From Spirochaetia bacterium (GTDB lineage Bacteria; Spirochaetota; Spirochaetia; UBA9216): DNA of 64,000 bases. The first letter of the stretch is position 1; each line of letters opens with the position of its first letter. This document shows, in pieces, positions 54,376 to 64,000 of this stretch. The DNA is taken from NCBI GenBank assembly GCA_963675665.1, contig OY776510.1, positions 736,001 to 800,000 on the forward strand, read 5' to 3'. The position numbers and the translations under genes were made by a program. A model generated the notes under the pieces. That model was not told the DNA's origin and made no database searches. It saw only the letters and a list, made by a program, of their open reading frames with translations.

Positions 54376-55518
54376 CTACTTAAAAACTGATGATAATGTT
54401 TTTTGAAACGTTGATAGAACATAATCTATCTCGTTATCATTCATCAGATAAAATGGTAATCGAACAATTCGTTCTGCTACATATTCAGTATTTTCAAGAT
54501 TATATTTATTTCCGCCTAATTTTTTCCCCATAGGAGAATTATGAAGAGGGATATAACCTATATATGAAGAAACATCTCTTTCCAGGTTTAATTCAATAAA
54601 TTTATCTCTCATTTCTGATTCCGGAAAAATAACCCAGAAAGCATGATAATTTGACTTGATTTCATCAGGGATTGTTGTCATCCTGATCCCTTTTTCATTA
54701 TAAAAATTAAAAAAATTACTGTACGCATCATGTAACTTTTTACGTAATACCTGCATTTCGTCCTTATTTTCCAATTGCGCAAGAAGTATTGCTGCCAATA
54801 AATCCGAAGGCAGGAAACTTGAACCATAGTCAACCCATGAATATTTATTCTTCAAACCTTTAATCACCAAACTTCGGTCGGTACCTTTTTCCCAGAGGAA
54901 TTCAGATCTCTCGAAATATTTTTCATTATTTAACAACAGAGCCCCGCCTTCGCCACACGAATATGATTTCGTAGCATGAAAAGAAAACGTACCTAAATCG
55001 GCAATAGCCCCTGCAAATTTTTCTTTATATTGGGAATTTACAGCTTGCGCTGCATCTTCAACAACTGTTATCCCATGTCGCTCTGCAATTTCCATAATTG
55101 TGTCCATCTCGGCAGGTATACCGGCATAATGAATCGGAACAATTGCTTTTGTTTTTTCTGTTATTGCGGCTTCAATTTTGCTTTCATCAATATTTAAAGT
55201 ATCCAATCTTATATCAACATACACAGGTGTAAATCCATGCATTGCAAATGCATTTACAGTACTGGAAAATGTGTATGATGGAAAAATAATTTCATCACCG
55301 GGTTTACAATCCAATAATAAAGCCGCCATTTCCAGAGCATCTGTACATGATGTTGTCAGAAGAGTTTTTTTAATTTTAAAAATATTATTTATATATTTCT
55401 GACATTCCTGGGTATTAGGGCCTCCTCCGTGATGAAATCCGGAATCAAACGCCTTTAACAGATATTCTCTCTCGTTTTTATAAATCGGAACTTTCATAAA
55501 AGGTATTTTCACTATCAT
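54376..55518 (-). CDS. WecE/RffA-like dTDP-4-keto-sugar aminotransferase (DegT family)
   Basis: TTSCTDALEM, EDAAQ, FSFHATKSY and EKGTDR; start reassigned to ATG 55518. Confidence 0.88.
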   Translation of the reverse strand: MIVKIPFMKVPIYKNEREYLLKAFDSGFHHGGGPNTQECQKYINNIFKIKKTLLTTSCTDALEMAALLLDCKPGDEIIFPSYTFSSTVNAFAMHGFTPVYVDIRLDTLNIDESKIEAAITEKTKAIVPIHYAGIPAEMDTIMEIAERHGITVVEDAAQAVNSQYKEKFAGAIADLGTFSFHATKSYSCGEGGALLLNNEKYFERSEFLWEKGTDRSLVIKGLKNKYSWVDYGSSFLPSDLLAAILLAQLENKDEMQVLRKKLHDAYSNFFNFYNEKGIRMTTIPDEIKSNYHAFWVIFPESEMRDKFIELNLERDVSSYIGYIPLHNSPMGKKLGGNKYNLENTEYVAERIVRLPFYLMNDNEIDYVLSTFQKTLSSVFK

Positions 55519-55525
55519 GTTCTCC

Positions 55526-56485
55526 TTAACTGATTTTGGAAATTTTATCAATCAGCTCAGACTGTAAGGAAATTTTATTTAATTCTTCTAAATTCTGATT
55601 ATTATTTATTCTATAACAAAAATCTTCCAGCAGATTAATAAAATGGTTATCACTGTTAACCAGATATTCGTGTCTCTCATTCTGTCTTTCCAGAATTATT
55701 TTTGGATTATATCCTGGAGGCGCAGTAAATATCCGGTCAGCAATAATCTTTCCTTTTGAGCCCCAAATTTCCAAATTACATTGATAGTAATTATCAAACC
55801 CGAAACTTATCTGGGCAATTTTATTATCATTATTTTTTAAAGTTGCCGTGCCGAATATATCCACGCCCAGCTCATCTGAATATACAAGATTTGAAGAAAT
55901 GACATCAATATCGTTTCCAAGGAAGATCGTCGCAGCTTTTACGGGATATCCGCCTGCATCTAAAAGTACACCGCCACCCAATTCTCTTGAATATCTGAAA
56001 TTACCGGGATCCATCATAGGAAAACCAAAACTGCTTTTCAGTAATTTTATATCTCCAATCTCATCGTCACTTATTAGCTTCAGTATAAATTCTATTTGCG
56101 AGTGGTATTTAAACATATAATTTTCAAAAAAAACCAAAGAGTTTTTTTTTGCTTCTTCAATTAATTTCTTTGTATCAGAATTACTGGTTGTAGAAGGTTT
56201 TTCTACAAGAACATGCTTTCCATAATTAAATGCTTTCAGACACCATTCTTTATGAAGAGCCGGCGGCAGCGGGATATATACGGCGTCAAGATCAGGTCTC
56301 TTTAATAGTTTATCATAACCCTCAACATGATCTATATTGAATAAATCGGCAACCTTATTTGCCTTTTCTTTATCCCGGCTTGCTATTGCCACAACATCTA
56401 TCGAATCAGCCAGTTTCATTGCAGGTAGTGCTGATCTAATTGCGATATTCGCACAACCGATAATGCCAATCCTTACTTTATTCAT
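55526..56485 (-). CDS. Gfo/Idh/MocA oxidoreductase, probable NDP-hexose 3-ketoreductase
   Basis: GCANIA, VYIPLP, HVLVEKP and LGGGVLLDAGGYP; adjacent to the 2,3-dehydratase. Confidence 0.82.
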   Translation of the reverse strand: MNKVRIGIIGCANIAIRSALPAMKLADSIDVVAIASRDKEKANKVADLFNIDHVEGYDKLLKRPDLDAVYIPLPPALHKEWCLKAFNYGKHVLVEKPSTTSNSDTKKLIEEAKKNSLVFFENYMFKYHSQIEFILKLISDDEIGDIKLLKSSFGFPMMDPGNFRYSRELGGGVLLDAGGYPVKAATIFLGNDIDVISSNLVYSDELGVDIFGTATLKNNDNKIAQISFGFDNYYQCNLEIWGSKGKIIADRIFTAPPGYNPKIILERQNERHEYLVNSDNHFINLLEDFCYRINNNQNLEELNKISLQSELIDKISKIS

Positions 56486-56498
56486 AGCAACATTTCCT

Positions 56499-57884
56499 TT
56501 AAAAATTTATCAATGACAACAGGCTTCTGGCTTGTATGTTCAACATATTGGTAAATTGAGAGAAATAATTTAACTGTTCGATTGTGATCCACATAAATTC
56601 TTCTTTTACATTCTCATTAAATTCTTCAGGCACTTCAATAATCATGTTACGGTTTTCTTCATGATAAAAACGACCGCCTTCTTCAGACTGCATAGAATCA
56701 TGAATTATTTTATATTTCCCCTCATTCAGATATTCCATATAGAAATTATTACAGTTCTGATCAGAAGACATTTGAATAGTCGGGCCCATTTCAATTATGT
56801 CTATTAATCCCGGTTCGATCACAGCTTGTACTAAGAAATGGAAAACACAGTTAATTTTTTTCATAAAAAAGCAAAACAGTCCTTTCCTTTCTGATTTAAT
56901 TACTGGTTGATCCCAATTAAATACTTCCCGGTTTCCAACTTCAATTCTACAACCTATTACAGAAAAAAAACGGCCTTCCCTGTCATAAATTGAGATATTA
57001 TCCATTACATAATTATCCAGCTCGTCTAAAGGTAAATATTCATGTTTTTTATCAATAAACATCTTCCTTTCTGCAAGCCATGAATGAATTTCTGCTGCAT
57101 TATTCCTGGCAAGAATAATATCATCCGAATACAAGTTCATTGAATCAGTTTTATAATGATCCTTTATTATCTTCTCTTTTTGAACTATTGGCAATAATGA
57201 AATAACTGATCTTGTATCCATGTTTACGACATTATTATACTCTAAAAGCTTTTTTATTTGCCCCAATGTCATCCAGCAATAATCAGGATCCTCCGGAACA
57301 TCATTTTCAGTTAAAATAATGATGTTTCTGTTTCTTTTATTAAAAAACCTTGATCCCTGCTCTGATTGAAGCTGATCAACCAAAATGTTTTTCTTTTTAC
57401 CAAGAAAATATTCTAGAAACTTCGGTGTTTTGCCTTTGTGTACTTTGGTAAAATTACTTTGCGTTGCCTGTAATGTCGGTGAAATTTGAATGTAATTTAA
57501 ATTTCCCGGTTCGATCTTTGCTTGCATTAAAAAATACAGAATTCCATCAAACCTTTTTGACAATATTCCGAGAAATCCAATTTCAGGTTGTACAATTATC
57601 GGTTGAAGCCAGTGTTGTTCAAAATTATTGTTTATTTTTACGCTTGCTTTAAAACCTTTTATTGAAAAGAATTTTCCGGATTCATGAAAAATACCATTTT
57701 CCCTGGTAAAGTTCCATTTCTGTAAATCTGATAATGGTTTCTTTTCAATATTTACAAACGCCTTTTTCTTCCGTTCTTCAATCCAGATCAGAATATCATT
57801 CATTGTTACTTTATCAGTATCTACCAATAAAGAAGATTTAATAATATCGCTAATTATGATCAACCAATCTCTCCAAACAGTCAT
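56499..57884 (-). CDS. NDP-hexose 2,3-dehydratase
   Basis: Tandem domains: HESGKFF...QPII.QPEIG, QAKIEPGN, SPTLQATQSN, QSEQGSRF and QSEEGGRF. Confidence 0.9.
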   Translation of the reverse strand: MTVWRDWLIIISDIIKSSLLVDTDKVTMNDILIWIEERKKKAFVNIEKKPLSDLQKWNFTRENGIFHESGKFFSIKGFKASVKINNNFEQHWLQPIIVQPEIGFLGILSKRFDGILYFLMQAKIEPGNLNYIQISPTLQATQSNFTKVHKGKTPKFLEYFLGKKKNILVDQLQSEQGSRFFNKRNRNIIILTENDVPEDPDYCWMTLGQIKKLLEYNNVVNMDTRSVISLLPIVQKEKIIKDHYKTDSMNLYSDDIILARNNAAEIHSWLAERKMFIDKKHEYLPLDELDNYVMDNISIYDREGRFFSVIGCRIEVGNREVFNWDQPVIKSERKGLFCFFMKKINCVFHFLVQAVIEPGLIDIIEMGPTIQMSSDQNCNNFYMEYLNEGKYKIIHDSMQSEEGGRFYHEENRNMIIEVPEEFNENVKEEFMWITIEQLNYFSQFTNMLNIQARSLLSLINF

Positions 57885-58759
57885 TAAATCAGATTATTTT
57901 CAGATATTTTTAAAAGGTACTTACCATAGGAGGAATTCTTCATTTTATCTGCTAAAGAACGAAACTGTTTCATATCAATGTAACCCATTCGCAATGCAAT
58001 TTCCTCAATACAGGAAATCTTGAAACCCTGTCGATCTTCAATAATTTTTACAAAGTTGGAAGCTTCATTTAATGATTCATGGGTCCCGGAATCCAGCCAG
58101 GCAATTCCTCGGCCGAAAGTTTTCACATTTAAACTGGATCTTTCCAGATAGATTCTGTTTAAATCGGTAATTTCAAGTTCTCCTCTGGCTGACGGTTTCA
58201 GATTCTCAGCTATTTCCACAACACAGTTATCATAAAAATATAAACCGACTACGGCATAATTCGACTTCGGGTTTTCGGGTTTTTCTTCAATTGATTTTAC
58301 TTTGCCAAATTTGTCAAATTCAACAACACCAAATCTTTTGGGATCATCCACATGATATCCAATAACGGTCGCTCCTACATTATTTATAACGATATCAGAT
58401 AATATTTTTTGCAGATTGTTACCGTAGAAAATGTTATCTCCAAGAATTAAGCAAACTGCATCATTTCCTATAAATTCTTTACCGATTATAAAAGCCTCGG
58501 CCAAACCATTAGGTTGGTGTTGTACTTTATATTTTAATTTTAATCCCAGCTGTTCGCCATTACCCAATAATGATTCTATTCTTGGAGTGTCTTCGGGAGT
58601 AGAAATGATTAAAATTTCGTTTATCCCGGCAAGCATCAGGGTAGATAACGGATAATATATCATCGGTTTGTCATAAACCGGTAAAAGCTGTTTGCTTATT
58701 GTCAGCGTTAAAGGAAAAAGTCTCGTCCCTGATCCGCCTGCTAATATTATCCCTTTCAT
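57884..58759 (-). CDS. rfbA: Glucose-1-phosphate thymidylyltransferase
   Basis: [24 protein letters not shown] and [10 protein letters not shown]. Confidence 0.96.
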   Translation of the reverse strand: MKGIILAGGSGTRLFPLTLTISKQLLPVYDKPMIYYPLSTLMLAGINEILIISTPEDTPRIESLLGNGEQLGLKLKYKVQHQPNGLAEAFIIGKEFIGNDAVCLILGDNIFYGNNLQKILSDIVINNVGATVIGYHVDDPKRFGVVEFDKFGKVKSIEEKPENPKSNYAVVGLYFYDNCVVEIAENLKPSARGELEITDLNRIYLERSSLNVKTFGRGIAWLDSGTHESLNEASNFVKIIEDRQGFKISCIEEIALRMGYIDMKQFRSLADKMKNSSYGKYLLKISENNLI

Positions 58760-58778
58760 CTTTAGACTCCTTTCAGAA

Positions 58779-59678
58779 TTACTCCCAGAATTTTCTCATA
58801 ATACCTTTTATCAGAATTAAAGTTTTTCTTGTGTCTTTTATCTTTTTATTATTCAACAACTCTTTCATATTGTGGGTTCTGTAATACTCGGTACGAATAA
58901 TTTCTTCCGATTCATAATTATTTATCTTTTTACGGAGTTCCTCTCTTTTATCACCGATGGCAGCATCATGTTTATCATAGATAAATCTGATTTTTTCATA
59001 CTTTCTAACAATAGCCTGCTCTGAATTCCCGGTAGTATTGCTATCATGCAACCTGTATTTAAGCAATCGGTCTTTTAGTACTTTAATCCCTTCGGGATAC
59101 GCAATAGATATTCTTATCCAATAATCATAATCTTCAACCGCTCTTAATTCAGGAGTTTCATCTAGTAACCCTACTTTTTCAATAACATTCCGTCTTATCA
59201 TAACGCTTGAATTGATAATTTTATTTACCAATATAAGCTCTTCGAACTTTACTTTCCGTGAAAAATATAATTTCAGGAGATTTTTTTGACCATATGGAAA
59301 CTGATCGCAATTTGTTGAACAAAGCATTAGTTGAGTGTTATTTTTAAATTCTATTAATTGTTTTTCCAATTTATTTGGAGACCATATATCATCCGAATCC
59401 AGAAAAGCAATATATTCCCCTTTTGCTTTCTGTAAACCAATATTTCTGGAAGCTGCGATAATACCTTTATTCGAAAAATTAATCAGTTTTATTCTTTCGT
59501 CATTAAAAGATTCAACAATTTCTATTGTATTATCATCAGAGAAATTGTTTATAATAATCAGTTCCCAGTTTTTATAAGTTTGTGTTTTTACCGAGACAAT
59601 TGCTTCTCTTAAATATTCAGCGTGGTTATATGTCGGAATAATTACCGATACTAAAGACTGATTGATAACTTTATTCAT
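58779..59678 (-). CDS. GT2 glycosyltransferase
   Basis: [16 protein letters not shown] and EDYDYW; start reassigned to ATG 59678. Confidence 0.88.
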   Translation of the reverse strand: MNKVINQSLVSVIIPTYNHAEYLREAIVSVKTQTYKNWELIIINNFSDDNTIEIVESFNDERIKLINFSNKGIIAASRNIGLQKAKGEYIAFLDSDDIWSPNKLEKQLIEFKNNTQLMLCSTNCDQFPYGQKNLLKLYFSRKVKFEELILVNKIINSSVMIRRNVIEKVGLLDETPELRAVEDYDYWIRISIAYPEGIKVLKDRLLKYRLHDSNTTGNSEQAIVRKYEKIRFIYDKHDAAIGDKREELRKKINNYESEEIIRTEYYRTHNMKELLNNKKIKDTRKTLILIKGIMRKFWE

Positions 59679-60633
59679 GGAAATGCTTCCAGCAAAAAAG
59701 CAGCGTTTGCTTGATTTCTTCTTTAATATTACCTTCGAGTTTAAAACCGATTTTTTTAATTTTTTCAATCGAATATTTCTCAAATGGAGAATTACTATCT
59801 CTATTATTCCCAATTAATATTTCCGGTGTAAACGACAAGACATCGTTTGTAATTTCGGCGATGAGAGTGGCCAGATCCAGAATTGACATTACATTATCCC
59901 CGCCAAGATTAAAAATACCATCTCCAATCATTTCAGACTCTATATTTATAAAAAACCTGATTCCTCTTATGACATCAGTCATTGTAATGAAATCTCTCTT
60001 TTGAGTTCCGTCAGATTTTAATACTATCCTTTTATTTTTCGCAATTTCCAGGCAAATACTGTTAACCAGTAATGTCCATCTGTCTATATTTTTATGTTCC
60101 GGGTAACCGAAACTATTTGAAAGTCTCAGTATAACGCCTTCCATTTCATTTCGTTTGTTTGCATTGTAGATGAATTGCTCTGCCAATAAATGCGATGTTG
60201 CATATGGATGTACAGGATGAGGGATTACAGTCTCGTCAACCATTCCGCAAACAGAGTTGTTGTATATATGAGCTGTAGATAGATAGATAAATCGTTTTAC
60301 ATTATTACTGATCGCCAGTTCTATAATCCGCTTGGTATCCAGAGTATTAACCCTGTATGCATTTACCGGATCCTCTGCACATAAAATCTCATTGACAGCA
60401 GACAGATGTATTACAACATCAATTTTATCCAAACCGTTAAAAAGATTTCCATCAAGTAATTCCGAATATGAGTATTTCTTATAATAACAACTATTGTCCA
60501 AATCAGGATTATCAGGATTTCTGCTAACTAAAAATAAATTATAACAGTCTGTCTCCCCCAGATATTTGATTAATCTGGAACCAATATAGCCGGAGACTCC
60601 TGTAACCAGTATATTTTTTAATTTATTGCCCAA
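59671..60633 (-). CDS. NAD-dependent epimerase/reductase (extended SDR), probable CDP-4-keto-6-deoxyhexose reductase
   Basis: TGVSGYIG, YLSTAHIY, YATSH and RDFI; follows rfbG. Confidence 0.75.
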   Translation of the reverse strand: MGNKLKNILVTGVSGYIGSRLIKYLGETDCYNLFLVSRNPDNPDLDNSCYYKKYSYSELLDGNLFNGLDKIDVVIHLSAVNEILCAEDPVNAYRVNTLDTKRIIELAISNNVKRFIYLSTAHIYNNSVCGMVDETVIPHPVHPYATSHLLAEQFIYNANKRNEMEGVILRLSNSFGYPEHKNIDRWTLLVNSICLEIAKNKRIVLKSDGTQKRDFITMTDVIRGIRFFINIESEMIGDGIFNLGGDNVMSILDLATLIAEITNDVLSFTPEILIGNNRDSNSPFEKYSIEKIKKIGFKLEGNIKEEIKQTLLFCWKHFHE

Positions 60634-61721
60634 TGTATCCCTCTGGATTCGGCAATATCTGAGTAAGCTTTAATTTGTTTTACTGTTTTTTCAAACATAT
60701 TCTCTTTATCTATATAAAAACATCTATACCAATCACCTGTAAATTTCACTGTATCGTGATAGGACAGCGTCGGCAACCAGCGCAAATAAACATACGATTT
60801 ATCACAATTTAATTTCAGTAAAGTTGCTTCGTTAAACGGTTTATTCTCTACCACAACATATCCGGTACCAAGATCTTTTGAGGGCCACACCTCTCTTAAA
60901 TCTTTTAACAAATCTTCAACTGTTTTTGTCTCTCCTGATGTCGGTCCGAAATTAAAACTTTCGCCGGAAATTTTAGAATCATTATACAATTTTGCCCCTA
61001 AAGACAAATATCCGCTGAGCGGTTCAAGAACATGCTCCCAAGGTCGTATCGCATTCGGTGATCGAATCTCTACGTTTGTCCCTGAAGACCATGATCTCAT
61101 ACAATCCGGAACAATCCTGTCCAGTGCCCAATCTCCACCGCCGATAACATTTCCTGCTCTTGTTGTAGCAATTCTAATTTTATTCTTTTTTTCAGAGAAA
61201 AATGAATGGTAATAAGATTGAAAAATAATTTCTGCTGCACCTTTTGATCCGCTGTAAATATCTTTACCGCCTAATCTGTCCGATTCTCTATATCCCCATT
61301 CCCATTCATTATTATGATAACATTTATCACTTGTAATAATTACACCAACACAATCATTTTCCAGCTTCCGTATTGCTTCGAGTATATTGGTAACTCCGAT
61401 AACATTTGTTTCTATAGTCTCTGCAGGATTCTTATATGATAAAGATACAATCGGTTGTGCTGCGAGATGAAAAATAAAATCGGGCTTAATTTTACTGACA
61501 ATTTTTTTCACTTCATCCCGATCTCTGATATCTGCCCGATAATCTTCAATTTGTTCCGATAATCCCAGACATTCAAACATTGACGGGTTTGTCGGGATAT
61601 CATTTGAGAGTCCATATACTTTTGCTCCCAGATCCAACAACCATGAAGTCAACCAACTACCTTTAAACCCGGTATGCCCTGTGATAAGAATTTTTCTATT
61701 CTTATATATATCATTAAACAT
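60618..61721 (-). CDS. rfbG: CDP-glucose 4,6-dehydratase
   Basis: TGHTGFKGSWL, HLAAQP, TSDKCY and RAGNVIGGGDW; start reassigned to ATG 61721. Confidence 0.95.
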   Translation of the reverse strand: MFNDIYKNRKILITGHTGFKGSWLTSWLLDLGAKVYGLSNDIPTNPSMFECLGLSEQIEDYRADIRDRDEVKKIVSKIKPDFIFHLAAQPIVSLSYKNPAETIETNVIGVTNILEAIRKLENDCVGVIITSDKCYHNNEWEWGYRESDRLGGKDIYSGSKGAAEIIFQSYYHSFFSEKKNKIRIATTRAGNVIGGGDWALDRIVPDCMRSWSSGTNVEIRSPNAIRPWEHVLEPLSGYLSLGAKLYNDSKISGESFNFGPTSGETKTVEDLLKDLREVWPSKDLGTGYVVVENKPFNEATLLKLNCDKSYVYLRWLPTLSYHDTVKFTGDWYRCFYIDKENMFEKTVKQIKAYSDIAESRGIHWAIN

Positions 61722-61723
61722 CG

Positions 61724-62494
61724 TTACTCCCAGACTTTCCATAAAGGATTTTCTTTCCAAAGTTTTTCCAGTTTATTTTTATCATTAAGAGAATCCATGC
61801 ATCTCCAAAATCCATTATGATGATAAGTGTATAATTCGCCGTCGGCCGCAAGATGCTCAAGAGGCTGTCGTTCAAAAATCAGACCATCGTCTTCCGGCAG
61901 ATAGTAAAAAATTTCCTTATTCACAACAAAAAAACCTATATTTATCCAACTTCCGTCGCCTTTAGGTTTTTCAATAAACTGTTTTATTTTACCGTCCTCT
62001 TCGAATTCAATTGATCCGAACCTGCCCTCAGGCTGGGTTGAAGACATTGTTACACATTTATTATGTTTTTTATGCATATTCAACAACTCGTCAATATTGA
62101 TATCACCTACACCGTCACCATAAGTCAGCATAAATGTATCATCTACATAATCCTTAATTCTTCGTATACGTCCTCCGGTCATTGTATCAATACCGGTATC
62201 AACCAATGTAACTTTCCAGGGTTCGCTGAAGTTATTATGTACATCAAAAGATTGTTTTTGCAGATCAAAAGTCACATCGCTTTGATGCAGAAAGTAATTT
62301 GCAAAATATTCTTTGATAACATACCCCTTGTAACCTAAACAGATTACAAATTCATTAAAACCATAATGAGAATAAATTTTCATGATATGCCATAAGATTG
62401 GTTTCCCCCCTATTTCAACCATTGGCTTTGGCTTTATACTTGTTTCTTCACCTAATCTTGTTCCGTATCCGCCAGCAAGAATAACAACCTTCAT
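61724..62494 (-). CDS. rfbF: Glucose-1-phosphate cytidylyltransferase
   Basis: LAGGYGTRLGEET, KPMVEIGGKPILWHIMK, TMTGGR and TYGDG. Confidence 0.95.
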   Translation of the reverse strand: MKVVILAGGYGTRLGEETSIKPKPMVEIGGKPILWHIMKIYSHYGFNEFVICLGYKGYVIKEYFANYFLHQSDVTFDLQKQSFDVHNNFSEPWKVTLVDTGIDTMTGGRIRRIKDYVDDTFMLTYGDGVGDINIDELLNMHKKHNKCVTMSSTQPEGRFGSIEFEEDGKIKQFIEKPKGDGSWINIGFFVVNKEIFYYLPEDDGLIFERQPLEHLAADGELYTYHHNGFWRCMDSLNDKNKLEKLWKENPLWKVWE

Positions 62495-62500
62495 GTTTAC

Positions 62501-62950
62501 CTACCTATGTCTTATTTTCCAATCGTATGGAATATCGTTTGTATATGGATCTTTACGTTCTATTTCATCCGGATCATGTTTCATTGTTGCACAATTTGCA
62601 ACCAGGGCCATTTGTTCGCCTATTCCCTTAAAACCGTTCCAGACAAGAGGGGGAACTGTAACCAAACAGTAATTATCAGGACCAAGAAATATTTCCTGGA
62701 TTTCTCCAAACGTTTTGCTGTCAGGTCTTGAGTCATATAATACAAATTTAATATTCCCGACTGGAACAGAATAGTTTAAAGTCATATTTTTATGTTTATG
62801 CCATGCTTTAATCGCATCTTTATATATACATGAAAAGTAAATTTCTCCAAATTCTTTAAATTCCGGATCGCTGTTTTTTAACATATGCATGACTTTTCCC
62901 CGTTCATCCAGAATTTGTTTTAATGGTTTTATATTTACTCCTTCAATCAT
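62501..62950 (-). CDS. RmlC-like cupin NDP-4-keto-6-deoxyhexose epimerase
   Basis: DERG, FGEIYFS, KAWHKH and VPPLVWNGF. Confidence 0.82.
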   Translation of the reverse strand: MIEGVNIKPLKQILDERGKVMHMLKNSDPEFKEFGEIYFSCIYKDAIKAWHKHKNMTLNYSVPVGNIKFVLYDSRPDSKTFGEIQEIFLGPDNYCLVTVPPLVWNGFKGIGEQMALVANCATMKHDPDEIERKDPYTNDIPYDWKIRHR

Positions 62951-64000
62951 TCAGTAATTCCCTCCACATCTCTTTATATCTTTTAACTGCTATACAGGCA
63001 TTATATTTTAATTCAAAAATTTTTTTACTCTCTTTGCCCCATTCATTAATTATTGACGGAGATCTCAGTACCTTTTGTATAGCATCTGCAAGTTGTTCTA
63101 TATTCTTCGATTCTACAATAATTCCGTTATTTTCAATCTGTTCCGGAATACCTGCAATATCAGTTCCGATAATTCCCTTTCCCATTGCCATCGCTTCTAT
63201 AACGACATTAGGAAAATCCTCATTTCTGATTGACGGTATTATTAAACAATCTATACTATTGTAAAGTTCAAATATATTATCAATTCTTCCTGTGAATATA
63301 ATATATTTACTTAAATTTTCTTCTTCGACTTTACGCTTTAATTTTGAAAATAAAGGCCCCTCTCCTTCAATCAAAACTTTCGGAAGAGTATTCCCTGTTT
63401 TTTTTATCATATTTATTGCATCTATTAAAAAAATATGACCTTTTCTCTCTTCAAGTATTCCTACAACACCAAAAACAATACTTGAATTTTCAAGACCATA
63501 TTTTTTAAGGAACTTTTTTTTATCAATTTCTATACATCTCGGACTAATACCGTTAAATAGCTGCCTATACTGATTTTTGTTTAATCCAAGAGTATTAATT
63601 ATCTTTTTTCCGGCAAACTTTGAAGCGGTAATGAATTTATCGACCGAACGAATAAGAATTCTGTCAAACAGGAATCCCAGTTTCCGTTTCCCGTGATATG
63701 GTACAATAATATTATTCACTGTATATGTTATCTTTTTTATACCGCATATTTTTGCGGCAATAACAGCCGCATTACATGAATCAGCTCCTGGATAACCGCC
63801 ATTATTTATATGAAGTAAATCAATATTTTTTCTTTTTAAAAATAAAAATAATATTAATGTATTATACAGAAACTGTACCGGTTCAACAATAATGCTGATT
63901 AATACAAGCAATTTTCGCAGGAACAGATTCTTGGTATATAAAATTAGATCATTAATATCAATTAAATATAACCCGAATAATTTCTCAATACTATTAAGCC
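62943..64000 (-). CDS. GT4 glycosyltransferase, 5' end outside the window
   Basis: RKGH and EDFPNVVIEAMAMGK; reading frame stays open to the window edge. Confidence 0.88.
   Translation of the reverse strand, partial: LNSIEKLFGLYLIDINDLILYTKNLFLRKLLVLISIIVEPVQFLYNTLILFLFLKRKNIDLLHINNGGYPGADSCNAAVIAAKICGIKKITYTVNNIIVPYHGKRKLGFLFDRILIRSVDKFITASKFAGKKIINTLGLNKNQYRQLFNGISPRCIEIDKKKFLKKYGLENSSIVFGVVGILEERKGHIFLIDAINMIKKTGNTLPKVLIEGEGPLFSKLKRKVEEENLSKYIIFTGRIDNIFELYNSIDCLIIPSIRNEDFPNVVIEAMAMGKGIIGTDIAGIPEQIENNGIIVESKNIEQLADAIQKVLRSPSIINEWGKESKKIFELKYNACIAVKRYKEMWRELLND

Overview
Bacterial chromosomal window, most likely from a free-living or anaerobic spirochaete (inferred from spirochaete-type lipoprotein signals, the ctpA/rsmE/MinD-like/lgt neighbourhood, a long FapA and an Asp-type MurA). 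Bases 1-30300 are moderate-GC housekeeping and regulatory genes: a Fur-boxed fur-NifB/NifX-mrp operon, an RpoS-like sigma factor, lgt, fapA, ctpA, rsmE, an HTH-less sigma54 activator, an ECF/anti-sigma/ybjQ operon, murA, aspartokinase and thrC. From about 30400 the DNA is visibly AT-richer. It carries a VTC-domain/DUF4956/lamin-tail/porin/beta-helix/two-CotH-kinase module that is contiguous with a >20 kb surface-glycan locus (Wzi-like barrels, UDP-L-FucNAc genes, a 2-deoxy-amino-sugar three-component transfer cassette, CDP-6-deoxyhexose genes) running off the right edge. Most notable: (1) a three-hairpin intergenic element, present three times at stop/RBS/start junctions, whose six terminal loops all read C-ATGGAN-G (CsrA-type motif, antisense to the mRNA) on stems that change sequence but keep pairing; (2) the VTC-CotH envelope module, possibly an extracytoplasmic polyphosphate/kinase system; (3) several promoters placed to give leaderless mRNAs. 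No rRNA, tRNA, CRISPR array or transposase was recognised. All family calls come from motif recognition by eye, not database searches.
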